A stretch of 64,000 bases of DNA. Source: an uncultured Nitrososphaeraceae archaeon (lineage in GTDB: Archaea; Thermoproteota; Nitrososphaeria; Nitrososphaerales; Nitrososphaeraceae). The translations under genes were made by a program, and so were the position numbers. The notes under the pieces were generated by a model, which did not search any database, was not told the origin of the DNA, and saw nothing but the letters and a program-made list of their open reading frames with translations. Position 1 is the first letter of the stretch. Every line of letters starts with the position of its first letter. Shown here piece after piece: positions 20,598 through 31,163 of the stretch. The stretch is taken from positions 64,001 through 128,000 of the forward strand of contig CAWIMJ010000047.1 of the NCBI GenBank assembly GCA_963837175.1, read 5' to 3'.

Positions 20598-21122
20598 CTA
20601 CACAGATACGAGCTTAAGTCGCTTAGCCATCTTCAGTCTTGCCTCAATCACACTTAGTTGCTCTTCTAAAAGTTTTCTATATCCAACTAATAGTTTCTCC
20701 TGTTGGCCATAGTGTTCTTTTCGTATATCGGTCATTATCTTTTCAAAAACAGTGACTATGGTTTCAATATTGTCACCCAGCTTTTGAATGTCACGTGCAT
20801 CTTTTTTTATATCGAGATCAGCGGTTTGGGCAGCTTGAGCTTTTAACCCTGTAGTTTTTTCCTCTGTTATCGCCTTAGCTTTTTGCCCTAAAGATATAGC
20901 CAGATCTCTTAAAGATTGTCCGGCATCTTTTGCTTTGGCGGAGATCGATTCTTCTTCCGAAGAAGGTTTTACCTCATAACTCTTATATTCAGCCTTCGAA
21001 GGAGTTGCTACCACTATCTTGTCTTCAAGATTTGAGGTCAACGATTCTTTAGAGGTATTTGAGATTGGTTCTTTTATTGGCTTTTTCTGAGAAGTTATAG
21101 AGTTATTTTCGTCATTGCTCAC
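20598..21122 (-). CDS. Hypothetical hydrophilic coiled-coil protein
   Basis: 174-aa ORF, K/E/A/S-rich, TATA upstream. Confidence 0.7.
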   Translation of the reverse strand: MSNDENNSITSQKKPIKEPISNTSKESLTSNLEDKIVVATPSKAEYKSYEVKPSSEEESISAKAKDAGQSLRDLAISLGQKAKAITEEKTTGLKAQAAQTADLDIKKDARDIQKLGDNIETIVTVFEKIMTDIRKEHYGQQEKLLVGYRKLLEEQLSVIEARLKMAKRLKLVSV

Positions 21123-21455
21123 GCTGTATTAAAGTCATTAATACTTATAAGAAGTTTATTTCTAGCATTCATCGATGAAATTTAGCATATAACAGTATTT
21201 ATGTCCATGCTAGGTCATACTAAATAAGAGTTTTAGATAATTAATCGCTTTTCATCTATTATCTTGTATTTGGTTTACCGAAAAAAAGATCCGGTACCAG
21301 AATTTTGGGAATCTTATTATAGATATTAATCTATACGCGTTTAATAGATCGCGTTAGTCCTTAATTAAGAGGTTAGGTTGCAAACATAATAATAACAATA
21401 AATCAAGAGGAAACAAGATAAAACGTATATATCTTATGTCAGGCCAGGTTAAGGC

Positions 21456-21741
21456 ATGAACAAAACCAAACAATCAAAAAAAATAATCTTATCTGCATCT
21501 TCCCTATATGCAATACTAGTCATATCATCCTTAGCTGTAATCGGTAGTGGTGTATTCGTATCTAATGCTCCAGCACAAAACACGACTGGCGAAAATGCGA
21601 CTGGAACTGAGTTTATGGGAAGCACTGTTAACACAACTAATGCTACTTCTTCACCTCAAGCTTCGATGGGAGATGTCTGGTGTCACTGAACTTACTCAGG
21701 GTAACATGACAACAGGTAACCAAAGCAGTCCAACTCCATAA
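21456..21741 (+). CDS. Small secreted Thr/Asn-rich protein with probable +1 frameshift at 21668-21670
   Basis: Signal-peptide-like N-terminus; removing one G joins the two track ORFs into 94 aa of uniform low-complexity composition. Confidence 0.65.
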
Positions 21742-21748
21742 TTTTAAC

Positions 21749-21783
21749 TTGCCAAGTCAAAGTTGGCAGCCACTGTTTTTTTT
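21749..21783 (+). terminator. Hairpin plus poly-T tract after the small secreted gene
   Basis: tgccaa/ttggca inverted repeat followed by T8. Confidence 0.45.
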
Positions 21784-22259
21784 GCGGTTACTATTTTTTA
21801 TTCTAAATAATAGAAATTGTATATTATTGAAATAGATCTATTTCATACCCTCATAGCTCCTCAGATCGGCAGCATAATTTCGGGAGAAGTCAATGCAAGT
21901 TATAGCTTTTATCGCAATACAGGCTAGCAATGCCATGGCCAAATTAAAGAACCAGGACAGTCGAAACTGCAAAATAATAATCAAAATAGCAATGAGCTAC
22001 AACATTCTATCAATCTGTAAGAATAGAATAGAATAGAAACAAAAGATCAAATAATTTAATGATATTTCCTACGAAATAGAGTGATAATCAATGATCTTAA
22101 TAATTATTGATTTCATATTTTTTTGAATGACAAGATAGTAAAGTATAAAATAAATCAAGCCAATTATGACCTGATTTTATATGTTGCGATTACAGCTTTC
22201 TAAACTGTCATGTCTATGAATTGCTAACGTGATTATCTCTGTCTGAAGACCATCTATCC

Positions 22260-23363
22260 TCATGGTGTTAAAACGGCCCTACCTATAATTTTGCCGCCTT
22301 TAAGTTCATTAAGTGCTTCGTTTACCTGATCCAATTTATATTTTCTTGACACCACTGATTGAATTTTTCCAGATCTTGCCAGAGCCACTAGGTCCACCAA
22401 ATCAGCAAATTTACCGGTGTAAGCGCCTGTCAACGTGAATGCTCTCAATGGAATCAATGGTAAATTTAGCTCTAAGGCTCCCCCGAAAAGGCCTACCATA
22501 ATGAGTCGACCTCGTTTCCTTATCATATTAATCGTATTCTGCGCAGTTTTACTATTATTAACAAAATCTATAACAATTTCACTTCCTAGCCCTCCTGTAA
22601 TATCCTTTACTCCTTGTACTGGATTTGTTGAAAGCGAATTTATTGTTTCATCGGCTCCTAATCTTTTTGCCTCTGAGAGCTTCTTATCGTCGACATCAAC
22701 GATCACTACTCGAGCATTGGTTATAGCCTTCGCAAGCTGAACTGCCATCAGGCCTAGCCCTCCAGCTCCAACCAATACTATGGTTTCGCTCGCCTGTGCA
22801 TATGCCTTTTTCACTGCAGTATACGCAGTAAGACCTGAACAAGCTAGTGATGCTGAAGAATTGATATCCAAGTTCTGTATCTTTACAAGGTATTTATGAC
22901 TTGGAACAAGTATTAGCTCTGAATAACCGCCATCTTGGTATATCCCCAAAGTACGCGGTAAATCACATAAGTTTTCTTCTCCAATTCGACATGCTGGACA
23001 TAGTCCTTCTCCTATCCAAGGATAAACTAACACTCGTTCGCCTGTCTGAAAGCCTGTAACCGACTCGCCTAACTCTTCGACTCGACCGGCTACTTCATGG
23101 CCTGGAGTCAAAGGAAACTTTACACCGCGATCTTCTACCTTCATAAAAACCCCTGGGGGTCCCGCATAACCTCCTTCCCAAAGATGCAAATCACTATGAC
23201 AAACACCAGCTGATTCGACTCTCACTAAAACCTGTTCATTTTTTGGCTTTGGAGTTTTAAGATCTTCGAGATGTAGAGGCTCCTTCGTTTTTACGATACG
23301 AGCGGATTTCATACTAGCGTTCTTCTCCATGATACCGTTATAATTATTGATCGTCATCAGCAT
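22260..23363 (-). CDS. Zn-dependent alcohol dehydrogenase (MDR family)
   Basis: GVCHSD, GHE, C.AC...EENLC, GAGGLG; true start probably a few codons downstream. Confidence 0.93.
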   Translation of the reverse strand: MLMTINNYNGIMEKNASMKSARIVKTKEPLHLEDLKTPKPKNEQVLVRVESAGVCHSDLHLWEGGYAGPPGVFMKVEDRGVKFPLTPGHEVAGRVEELGESVTGFQTGERVLVYPWIGEGLCPACRIGEENLCDLPRTLGIYQDGGYSELILVPSHKYLVKIQNLDINSSASLACSGLTAYTAVKKAYAQASETIVLVGAGGLGLMAVQLAKAITNARVVIVDVDDKKLSEAKRLGADETINSLSTNPVQGVKDITGGLGSEIVIDFVNNSKTAQNTINMIRKRGRLIMVGLFGGALELNLPLIPLRAFTLTGAYTGKFADLVDLVALARSGKIQSVVSRKYKLDQVNEALNELKGGKIIGRAVLTP

Positions 23364-24465
23364 GTTACTTAACTGTTTAAATAAAATTTGTTAATGTTAT
23401 GATAAATATATATTTAATAATTGGTTTGCTTAATTCATTACGAGATCAGTTCACTACCAATGCAAATATAGTAGCTCATTCTATTCCTAAATAACTTGAA
23501 GTGAAAGTTGGATCCAAAAACTGCCTCAAATTCAACAATTTGGCAAGCATTTAGCTATATTTATATAAAGAATTTGCTCGAAATTTAAGGGATGCTGATG
23601 AAGATCAGGAAGAGCCGACTGATGAATAGTACTTAAACTAACAAATGACGAGGATTATGAGTTCCTGAGGCATCTCGTTATAAAATAGGACCAGAAGTTT
23701 GAGAGCCGAGAACGAAAATACCCAAAATCACTCTTCAATACGGAAGTCTGAAAAGAAAATGAAGATCACCTAGAACATATAATGAAGAAAATAGAAGATA
23801 AGCTCGTTATATTTGATGGAATATAATTATAGAATTGATGTTTTCAAGCCAACATTAAAACAAGGAGGGATGTCATATTCGAGATGGACTATCCAGAAGT
23901 ATTCAAATATAAAGTCGATAGGAATACGCCATTAACCTTGAGAATCTTTTGGGAAACTAGTAGACGATCAATAGGAAATAGTGAGATATCTAATTAACAA
24001 CAGACTACTTATTACAGCCCATATATTCTAATCATATATCCTCTGAATTCAGTATTATGCATATAATATACACTAGTATGTTTGACCCTATTTTTATGAC
24101 CCTATCTGAGAAGCCCAGGGATGAGGCTAGGGCTTTATCCAAATCAACCAGAATCAGTCTACACAAAGTAGGATGGGAAGAGGTTCTACAGACGATGCCA
24201 TTTCCTTTCTTGGCTGAGAAAAAACACAACCACAAATCGGTTCTCAAAATAGGGAAGTTAGTCAAAACGTAAAAGAAGCTTAAATGGCTGAAAAGCAAGC
24301 TTTATCGCTACTAAATTTTACATATATCTTTTTCAGTGAGATTGATGCTTTATATGTTCATCAAGTCAGATATAGATTAAGTTCATGATCACTCATTGCT
24401 TCTACGATAGTAATCTCTTTCCGCCTAGTCTACTGAAGGATAAACACAAGCACAAATGATAAGTA

Positions 24466-25710
24466 TCACTTTGGTTGGAGAGCTTCAATAGGCGTAACTC
24501 TTGATGCTTTCCACGCGGGAAGAAGCCCTGCTAGGATACTGAGTCCAACAGAAATTAGCCAGACATTAATCATATCTAACGGTAGATAAACAGGATTTAG
24601 AGGGGGTCCATTTCCAGGACCAGCTCTAGTTAATAAATATCCTCCACCGATTCCGGCTAGTAATCCCAATGTTGCTCCCAAAATACCAATTATTAAAGCT
24701 TCAACTAAAAAAAGAGCAAGAATGTTAGTTTTCTGCGCACCAAGTGCTTTAAGGGTTCCGATTTCTCGTATTCTCTCTATAACTGACGTATAGAGTGTAG
24801 TGATTATTCCAACGGCACCAACAATCAATGAGATAACAGCAATGCTTAATAGAAATGCATCAATTCCTCCCGTAAATTCTTGAACTGTCTTTAGGATGGC
24901 TTTGACGGTGGTAATTCCAATATCATTTCCATAGAGACTTCTGATTTCTTCTTCAACGACATCTACCAATTCACTTGACCGAGAAACTACAAATAATGAA
25001 TCAAACTTACCTGATTTCTGAAGGAATGCATTTCCTGCATCCGTATTAATAATGACAGAGTTGTCTATGGTGGGATTACCCGTAGATTTCATAATTCCTG
25101 TTACAACAAAATTCTTTAATTCTTCTTTAGATTTGCCTGTTATGTCATCTACAAAAGAATACTTTGCTCTGACGCTCTGACCCAAATTGATAAAGGGTGT
25201 TGTTTCTCCTGGTGGAAAGGCTACATTCTCAGCTACAACCATTGCAGAAGGATCATTTTGTCTTAATGCGGAACCCTCTACAAGTTCCAATGTTGGAGCA
25301 ATTACAAATATTTTTTGAGGATCTATGGATAAAACCGCATTGTTTTTGGACTCACCCTGAGACTCTAAGGTGATATCTGCTTGATAGGAAGGAATTACCT
25401 GGTTTATAAATGGAAGTGAACTTAATTTCTCTATGACTGCAGCATTTAATGTAATTTTTGGTGCTGCAGGTGTTGCTGCTCCTCCTACAGGTGGACCGTT
25501 CTGCTCTTGCTGTACACTACTTAAGAATAGTATATTTGGTGCGAGATTGTTAAATTGATTATTAAAAAACACTTCGAATCCTGCACCGAATCCGTTAACT
25601 GCAACTAATAGACTACTCCCTGCCATCACCATCAAAATAGTAAGTATGGATCTGACTTTTCTTTCCTTAAGGGCATCAAATGATAATATGAAAACTTCCT
25701 TGATATCCAT
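24466..25710 (-). CDS. ABC transporter permease, MacB/FtsX family
   Basis: RSILT, SVIERIREIGTLKALGA, PAWKAS..PIEAL. Confidence 0.93.
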   Translation of the reverse strand: MDIKEVFILSFDALKERKVRSILTILMVMAGSSLLVAVNGFGAGFEVFFNNQFNNLAPNILFLSSVQQEQNGPPVGGAATPAAPKITLNAAVIEKLSSLPFINQVIPSYQADITLESQGESKNNAVLSIDPQKIFVIAPTLELVEGSALRQNDPSAMVVAENVAFPPGETTPFINLGQSVRAKYSFVDDITGKSKEELKNFVVTGIMKSTGNPTIDNSVIINTDAGNAFLQKSGKFDSLFVVSRSSELVDVVEEEIRSLYGNDIGITTVKAILKTVQEFTGGIDAFLLSIAVISLIVGAVGIITTLYTSVIERIREIGTLKALGAQKTNILALFLVEALIIGILGATLGLLAGIGGGYLLTRAGPGNGPPLNPVYLPLDMINVWLISVGLSILAGLLPAWKASRVTPIEALQPK

Positions 25711-25735
25711 TTTACCTTATCCTCTCTTTCTTTTT

Positions 25736-27727
25736 TCAACCATTCCTTCTTTTTTTATCATTTGGTCCGTCTAAAAGAGAATGAATGTCGTCTTCTCCTT
25801 CCTCTTTTTTTATGCTATCTGCGTGCGAGCTTAAAATCTTAGAAAGTTTTGATTTTGATCTCCGTTTTCTGAGCACAACTATCGCCGCTATTATAATACC
25901 GATTACTAGTATTATGGATATAGCAATAATTGAAGAATTACTTTTATTATCACTGCCAATACTACCGATTCCAAAGATGCTTTGTCCTTCACGAGTAGTT
26001 TGTTGTATAGGTTTGAAGTCTACTGATCCATTCAGTGTTAATTCATGAAGTATTCTTAGATTGTCTCTATATGAAACTCTAAGATAGACAGGATAGATTC
26101 CGGCTTTAATACTATTTTTTATCAAAAGAGGAATGCTGAATGGTAAGGGAGAATTTTCAGTAAGATCACCAAGATACTGTTGGGAAGGAAAGCTTTCAAC
26201 AAGACTTTTTTCTTTTGAGAATGGAGATTTAATCAACTCAACAGTGGTAAAAAGTGCAACGGTATTTCCTTCATTTAAAAGATTTCCCACAAGGTTCGGC
26301 TTATCCCCAATTATGTTAATATCAAGATCGTATACTTTTACACTGATTTCACCATCCACGTATGATCCTAGGTTAATAGTTTCTGTCTTTGATTGTTCAT
26401 CTGACACATATTGTATTTTGACTGAAAATTGTATTGGCTTGCCAATAATATCATCTGATGCAAAGACTGTTGTAGATAAATTCAATTTGGATTCCGGCAT
26501 CAAGTTCTCAAACGTCCATTTCGAATTTCCAAGGATTTTAACTGTATCCGCCTGCGAAGCAAGAGTGATTACTAGATCGGTTACGGGTTTTTTGCCTTCG
26601 TTGGCGACATTGAACTCCATCCATTGGATCTTTCCAGCTTTTAGAATAATAGAAGAATTTTGGTTGTTAGAGGAAACACCTGGCTCTGCGTTTAAAATTG
26701 ATTGTGGAGCTCTAGCAGATACGACTAGACCTACGGATTGATCAGAGTTCTTTACGTTACCATAAGCATCTCCATACGATATTTGAAGAGCAAGATTTTG
26801 CACTGTCTCAGCAGCAGAATTACTTGGATAAAGTAATGAATTTATTTCAGCTGTTCCATTGCTAGGAATATTACCTATATCAAAGGTACTATTTCCTATG
26901 TTTACTAGTGAAATAGACCCTGTTACACCACCGCCACTAGCACCATTAACACTAGATGATGAATTGCTACTAGAAGGAGAATTACTTGCACTAGAAGCCT
27001 CATTAAGCGAGACAACCACGCCACTAGCGTTGGCAGTACCCTTATTCTTTATAGTTATCTTAACCGTGTTTGAAGAACCTGGGATTAAATGAGGATTTTC
27101 TGATAGCACATCTAAAACTACTTTTCCTGTTACACGAAAGGGAATTGAAATATTTTTTACTGTAATTTGGCCCGTTTCGAGCACCTTAGAGTAAATTAGA
27201 TCAAGTGACCCAGTGTACCATCCTATTTCTGCATTTTTTAATACATTGATATCAAAATAAAGAGTGAATGTATCTCCTGATTTGACAATTGAATTATAAG
27301 AATCTACTGAATATTGTGATGAGTTTGATATATTATTTCGGATGTCCTGTGGTAATACTCCAATCGTTGTGAAGCCTGATGGGAGACTCAGATATCCTTT
27401 CACTGCAGTAATATCAGAGCGAGCTTTGTTAACGAGTACTATCGCAAGTGTAGCTGCACCTTCTCCAGGACCAACTTCCTTCTTTACAGGATCACTAGTA
27501 TTGGTGGTGTCAGATGAAGATATTGCATTATTGTCTGTCCAGTAGGCATCCTGGAAAGCGGGATCTTTATCAGTCTGAGCATTTGCATTAGTTAGTGTCC
27601 AAGCAGATGGAAGAACTATCATAATACTGATAAGAAAAGATACAAAAGGTGTAGTAGATGATTTTTTGATTTGACCAGTTAATTCAGGCCAGAGATCTTT
27701 TTTGTGAGTAGATACTATTTTCTTCAT
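25736..27727 (-). CDS. COG1361-type S-layer/Ig-domain membrane-anchored protein
   Basis: Signal peptide, repeated N.G beta-sandwich units, C-terminal TM followed by basic residues. Confidence 0.8.
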   Translation of the reverse strand: MKKIVSTHKKDLWPELTGQIKKSSTTPFVSFLISIMIVLPSAWTLTNANAQTDKDPAFQDAYWTDNNAISSSDTTNTSDPVKKEVGPGEGAATLAIVLVNKARSDITAVKGYLSLPSGFTTIGVLPQDIRNNISNSSQYSVDSYNSIVKSGDTFTLYFDINVLKNAEIGWYTGSLDLIYSKVLETGQITVKNISIPFRVTGKVVLDVLSENPHLIPGSSNTVKITIKNKGTANASGVVVSLNEASSASNSPSSSNSSSSVNGASGGGVTGSISLVNIGNSTFDIGNIPSNGTAEINSLLYPSNSAAETVQNLALQISYGDAYGNVKNSDQSVGLVVSARAPQSILNAEPGVSSNNQNSSIILKAGKIQWMEFNVANEGKKPVTDLVITLASQADTVKILGNSKWTFENLMPESKLNLSTTVFASDDIIGKPIQFSVKIQYVSDEQSKTETINLGSYVDGEISVKVYDLDINIIGDKPNLVGNLLNEGNTVALFTTVELIKSPFSKEKSLVESFPSQQYLGDLTENSPLPFSIPLLIKNSIKAGIYPVYLRVSYRDNLRILHELTLNGSVDFKPIQQTTREGQSIFGIGSIGSDNKSNSSIIAISIILVIGIIIAAIVVLRKRRSKSKLSKILSSHADSIKKEEGEDDIHSLLDGPNDKKRRNG

Positions 27728-27730
27728 ATT

Positions 27731-28492
27731 TTAGTTGATAGCCTCTTTCTCTATTATTCCGTCCTTGAGGTGGATAACCCTATCTGTTGCTTTGGAGAGA
27801 TCAGGATTATGAGTTACCATTATTATAGTCCTTCTAAACCTGTTTGAAAGCATCTTTAATAAATTAAAAACATCCTGTCCTGTCTTGGTATCGAGGTTAC
27901 CAGTTGGTTCGTCTGCAAGAATTACTACAGGATTGTTCATTATTGATCTTGCTATTGCTACTCTCTGCTGTTCTCCGCCACTTAGGTTTGAAGGTGTTGA
28001 TTTAGCCTTCTCTTTTATTCCGAGAATGTCTAATAACTTTAATGCCCGTGCAATCCTTTCATTCTTTTTCATTCCAGCTAATATTGCTGGAATTTCAACA
28101 TTCTTTAAAACAGTAGTTCTGTTAATTAAATTGTAGGATTGAAAGATAAAGCCTATTAAATTGTTTCTAAATAAGGCAATCTCATAATCGTTTAGGGAAA
28201 AAATATCCAGATCTTTTAAATAGACTTTGCCTAAGGTTGGCCTGTCTAAAGCTCCTAGAATGTTTAGTAGAGTCGATTTTCCACTTCCAGAAGGTCCGAC
28301 AATAGATACAAATTCTCCTTTCTTTATTCTAAAGTTAATATTTTTAAGCACAACAATACCGCCTGCTGGTGAATGAAAAATCTTAGAGAGATTTTCAACG
28401 CTTAAGATATATGCATCTTTCTCAGCATTATTCCAGTTGTTTGTCCGGGTATCTTTAGCACTCATTATATTGTAACTCTTTTTTTTATTCAC
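27731..28492 (-). CDS. ABC transporter ATP-binding protein (LolD/MacB-like)
   Basis: GPSGSGKS, LSGGEQQR, ADEPTGNLD, VTH. Confidence 0.95.
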   Translation of the reverse strand: MNKKKSYNIMSAKDTRTNNWNNAEKDAYILSVENLSKIFHSPAGGIVVLKNINFRIKKGEFVSIVGPSGSGKSTLLNILGALDRPTLGKVYLKDLDIFSLNDYEIALFRNNLIGFIFQSYNLINRTTVLKNVEIPAILAGMKKNERIARALKLLDILGIKEKAKSTPSNLSGGEQQRVAIARSIMNNPVVILADEPTGNLDTKTGQDVFNLLKMLSNRFRRTIIMVTHNPDLSKATDRVIHLKDGIIEKEAIN

Positions 28493-28518
28493 TATTTGAT
28501 CTCTTTAGTCAATTTAAT

Positions 28519-28818
28519 TTATAATGTATCTATCATTACATTTGTTTTGCTGATATTTATCGCACCTACATCACTAGCACATTCTTTTAAATTAAAATCT
28601 ATCACAGGATCAACATCAGCGTAATCAAAATACTTTCCTCTTTTTTCTGCTGCTAATATGTAGTTAGTCATTTCGAAGCAGATCATAGCATCTGGCATAA
28701 CTAGACAAAAATTCTTCTCCCTCATTTCTGACGTCTGTGTGATTCGCTTATCCAACAGACACTTGGGTATTGCTTGGTACACTATCACGTTGTAATATCT
28801 TAGCAGTATATAACTCAT
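28519..28818 (-). CDS. Possible hypothetical protein
   Basis: 99-aa ORF preceded by AAGGAG; no motif recognised. Confidence 0.3.
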   Translation of the reverse strand: MSYILLRYYNVIVYQAIPKCLLDKRITQTSEMREKNFCLVMPDAMICFEMTNYILAAEKRGKYFDYADVDPVIDFNLKECASDVGAINISKTNVMIDTL

Positions 28819-29386
28819 ACTTCTCCTTATTTAAATATAAGATAATAGCGTAAGCAGCTTCATCAATCTATAATTGTTAAACATCAAAAGTACAATTTTG
28901 AAAAGAAAGTGATTTTCGATATTTCTGCAAGTACTCATCTCCGAATAAGCCTCAAAGGATTTTGCATTATGCTATTTAATAATTTTCCTTAAATACTTAA
29001 GCATCATCAATGCCAATTCATGTGATATCATTTTACTGGTAAAATCATAAACGTTAGGTCTTTTTTTCAGATTATACTAATTTATAACCTTTGTATTCCA
29101 AATGGATATAAAAGTTTTATTTCGATATGAATACAGTCCTTTGACTGCAATCATCATTAGACATTCCATCACTAACATTGATTCGGATTTTGCAAGACTG
29201 ATACTAAATGTATGAATCATCTTTGTTCAGGTAATGGATAAAAATTTAATTGAGTTTAAACTGTCTAGCATACATATACTTTTGAATTAATTTATTGTTA
29301 GTTTTTTTTCTACTATATTGTCGTCATAGATTGTCTAACATTCTTTTATTAAAAAAATTCAAACATAAAAAAGGTAGGTCAATGGT

Positions 29387-29704
29387 ATGAAGAATAGATC
29401 CGAGATAGAAATTATGGCAGCCATACTGCGCTGTGCAACAGCTAATTGGGAATATAAAACTACTATTATGAATAATGCATCAGTATCACATTCACAATTA
29501 ATTAGATATCTTGCTATTGCAGAAGATAGAGGTTTAATTGAATATTCAAAAATAACAGGTCTATATAGAACTACAGAAGCAGGACTAATATTCTTGGATA
29601 AACATGACGAGATTCTGCTTCTTTTACCTTCAATTACAGATTTACCTGATGTTATTCATCATTCAGAAGAGAATTCAGTAGTAAGTGAAACTATCACAGA
29701 GTAA
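29387..29704 (+). CDS. Winged-helix transcription regulator (archaeal HTH_45-like)
   Basis: RS..EI.A.IL, KT.IM..A..S..QL..YL, Y.TT..G..FL. Confidence 0.85.
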   Translation: MKNRSEIEIMAAILRCATANWEYKTTIMNNASVSHSQLIRYLAIAEDRGLIEYSKITGLYRTTEAGLIFLDKHDEILLLLPSITDLPDVIHHSEENSVVSETITE

Positions 29705-29723
29705 TGATAAGATCATTAAAATT

Positions 29724-30320
29724 CTATTGAGTATTAGAATGAATTACCTTTACATGTTTTGACAGCAATTCTTTGTCATTATATTGATTACTGCAGTGAG
29801 GGCAAACTAGTCCATCTCTTTTGTCTATAAGAGATGTAGAAGCAAATGGGCTCATTATGCAGACGGCTGAATCTAATTTGAATGCATTCAGTGTTTGCAC
29901 TACTGCCTTCTCTGTCCTTATTACGATATCTTCTCTACTTATAGTGCCATATACTTTAGAATTCGAACTTACAACTAGTTGTCTTATATTATGTTTTTCC
30001 ATTGCAGCAAGTGCATCTAAAATGGACACTTCAGGTGGTACAGATATTATTGGTGAGGACATTATATCCTCAAGCCGTGTGCGTTCTGGTGATTTATGCA
30101 ATGACACTATTCGATATAAGATATCTGTTTTAGATACTAGGCCTATTATTTCCTTCTTTGAATCAGATACAAGAACAGAACGGACAGAGCGATCTCGCAT
30201 AACTGCTATAGCTTCGGCTGCTGTTTGAGAACGGTCTAAAATCGCCATATTTTGTTGCACAATCGACGAAACAGGCATAGATAAAAATGACTTAGCATTA
30301 TTATCTCCTGAAGTAATCAA
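29724..30320 (-). CDS. CBS-pair protein with C-terminal C2H2 zinc finger
   Basis: Two CBS repeats; CPHC...LLSKHVKVIH. Confidence 0.88.
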   Translation of the reverse strand: MITSGDNNAKSFLSMPVSSIVQQNMAILDRSQTAAEAIAVMRDRSVRSVLVSDSKKEIIGLVSKTDILYRIVSLHKSPERTRLEDIMSSPIISVPPEVSILDALAAMEKHNIRQLVVSSNSKVYGTISREDIVIRTEKAVVQTLNAFKLDSAVCIMSPFASTSLIDKRDGLVCPHCSNQYNDKELLSKHVKVIHSNTQ

Positions 30321-30463
30321 TATTGTACAATATTTAATGAATTATTTAAAGTTGTATTTATTCCATGTGACCGGCTATTATACACGAATGCCTGGTTATA
30401 ATGAGATCTTATATTTACCTGTCACTAGCGTCGAGTAGTTAATAAAAGATAGTATTTTCATCA

Positions 30464-31156
30464 TTGATCATGAGGCTTGCTTCACTATTCTCTGGCGGAA
30501 AAGATAGTACTTTCTCAATAGTCAAAATGAAAGAACTCGGGCATGAAGTAGTATGTCTGATCACTATGAAACCTCAGACAGATGATAGCCTGTTATTTCA
30601 CTATCCAAATAGTGGACTGACTAAACAACTTGGAGAAGCCATGGGGATCCCGTCATTTAGATTCGCCTTAAAGAAATCATCTAAAGAAGAGGAAGTAAAT
30701 TCACTCGAATATGCAATTAAAAAGATAAAATCTATTCATAATATTCAAGGATTAGTTCATGGTGGGATATCAAGTGTCTTTCAAAAAGACAATTTTCAGA
30801 GAGTCTGCTCAAAGCAAGAACTTGAAATATTTGCTCCATTATGGGGTATAGAACCTTTTCGATACATGACTCATCTCATTGATAAAAAATTTTGTATTAA
30901 AATCGTTGGTGTATCTGCTATGGGGTTAGATCAAAATTGGCTTGGAGTTACATTAGACAAGCATTCTTTAGGCAAGTTAGAATTTTTGAGCAAAAAATAT
31001 GGATTTAATTTAACTTTTGAAGGTGGAGAAGCCGAAACTTTGATTGTAGATTGTCCTATCTTTAAGAAGAGATTAAAGATAAATGATTTCAGAATCCACT
31101 GGGATGGACAAAGGGGAATATTTGAAATATTAGAAGCTTCATTAGTATCCAAGTAA
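30464..31156 (+). CDS. dph6: Diphthine--ammonia ligase (Dph6)
   Basis: SGGKDS PP-loop, FEGGEAET, DCPIF. Confidence 0.88.
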   Translation: MIMRLASLFSGGKDSTFSIVKMKELGHEVVCLITMKPQTDDSLLFHYPNSGLTKQLGEAMGIPSFRFALKKSSKEEEVNSLEYAIKKIKSIHNIQGLVHGGISSVFQKDNFQRVCSKQELEIFAPLWGIEPFRYMTHLIDKKFCIKIVGVSAMGLDQNWLGVTLDKHSLGKLEFLSKKYGFNLTFEGGEAETLIVDCPIFKKRLKINDFRIHWDGQRGIFEILEASLVSK

Positions 31157-31163
31157 TCTTGCT

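Noticed and set aside
22020-22038. (AGAAT)n short tandem repeat
   Set aside because: Three to four units in AT-rich intergenic DNA; unremarkable
14631-23659. 13-nt match GACGAGGATTATG at 14631 and 23647
   Set aside because: Expected by chance in 64 kb; no extension
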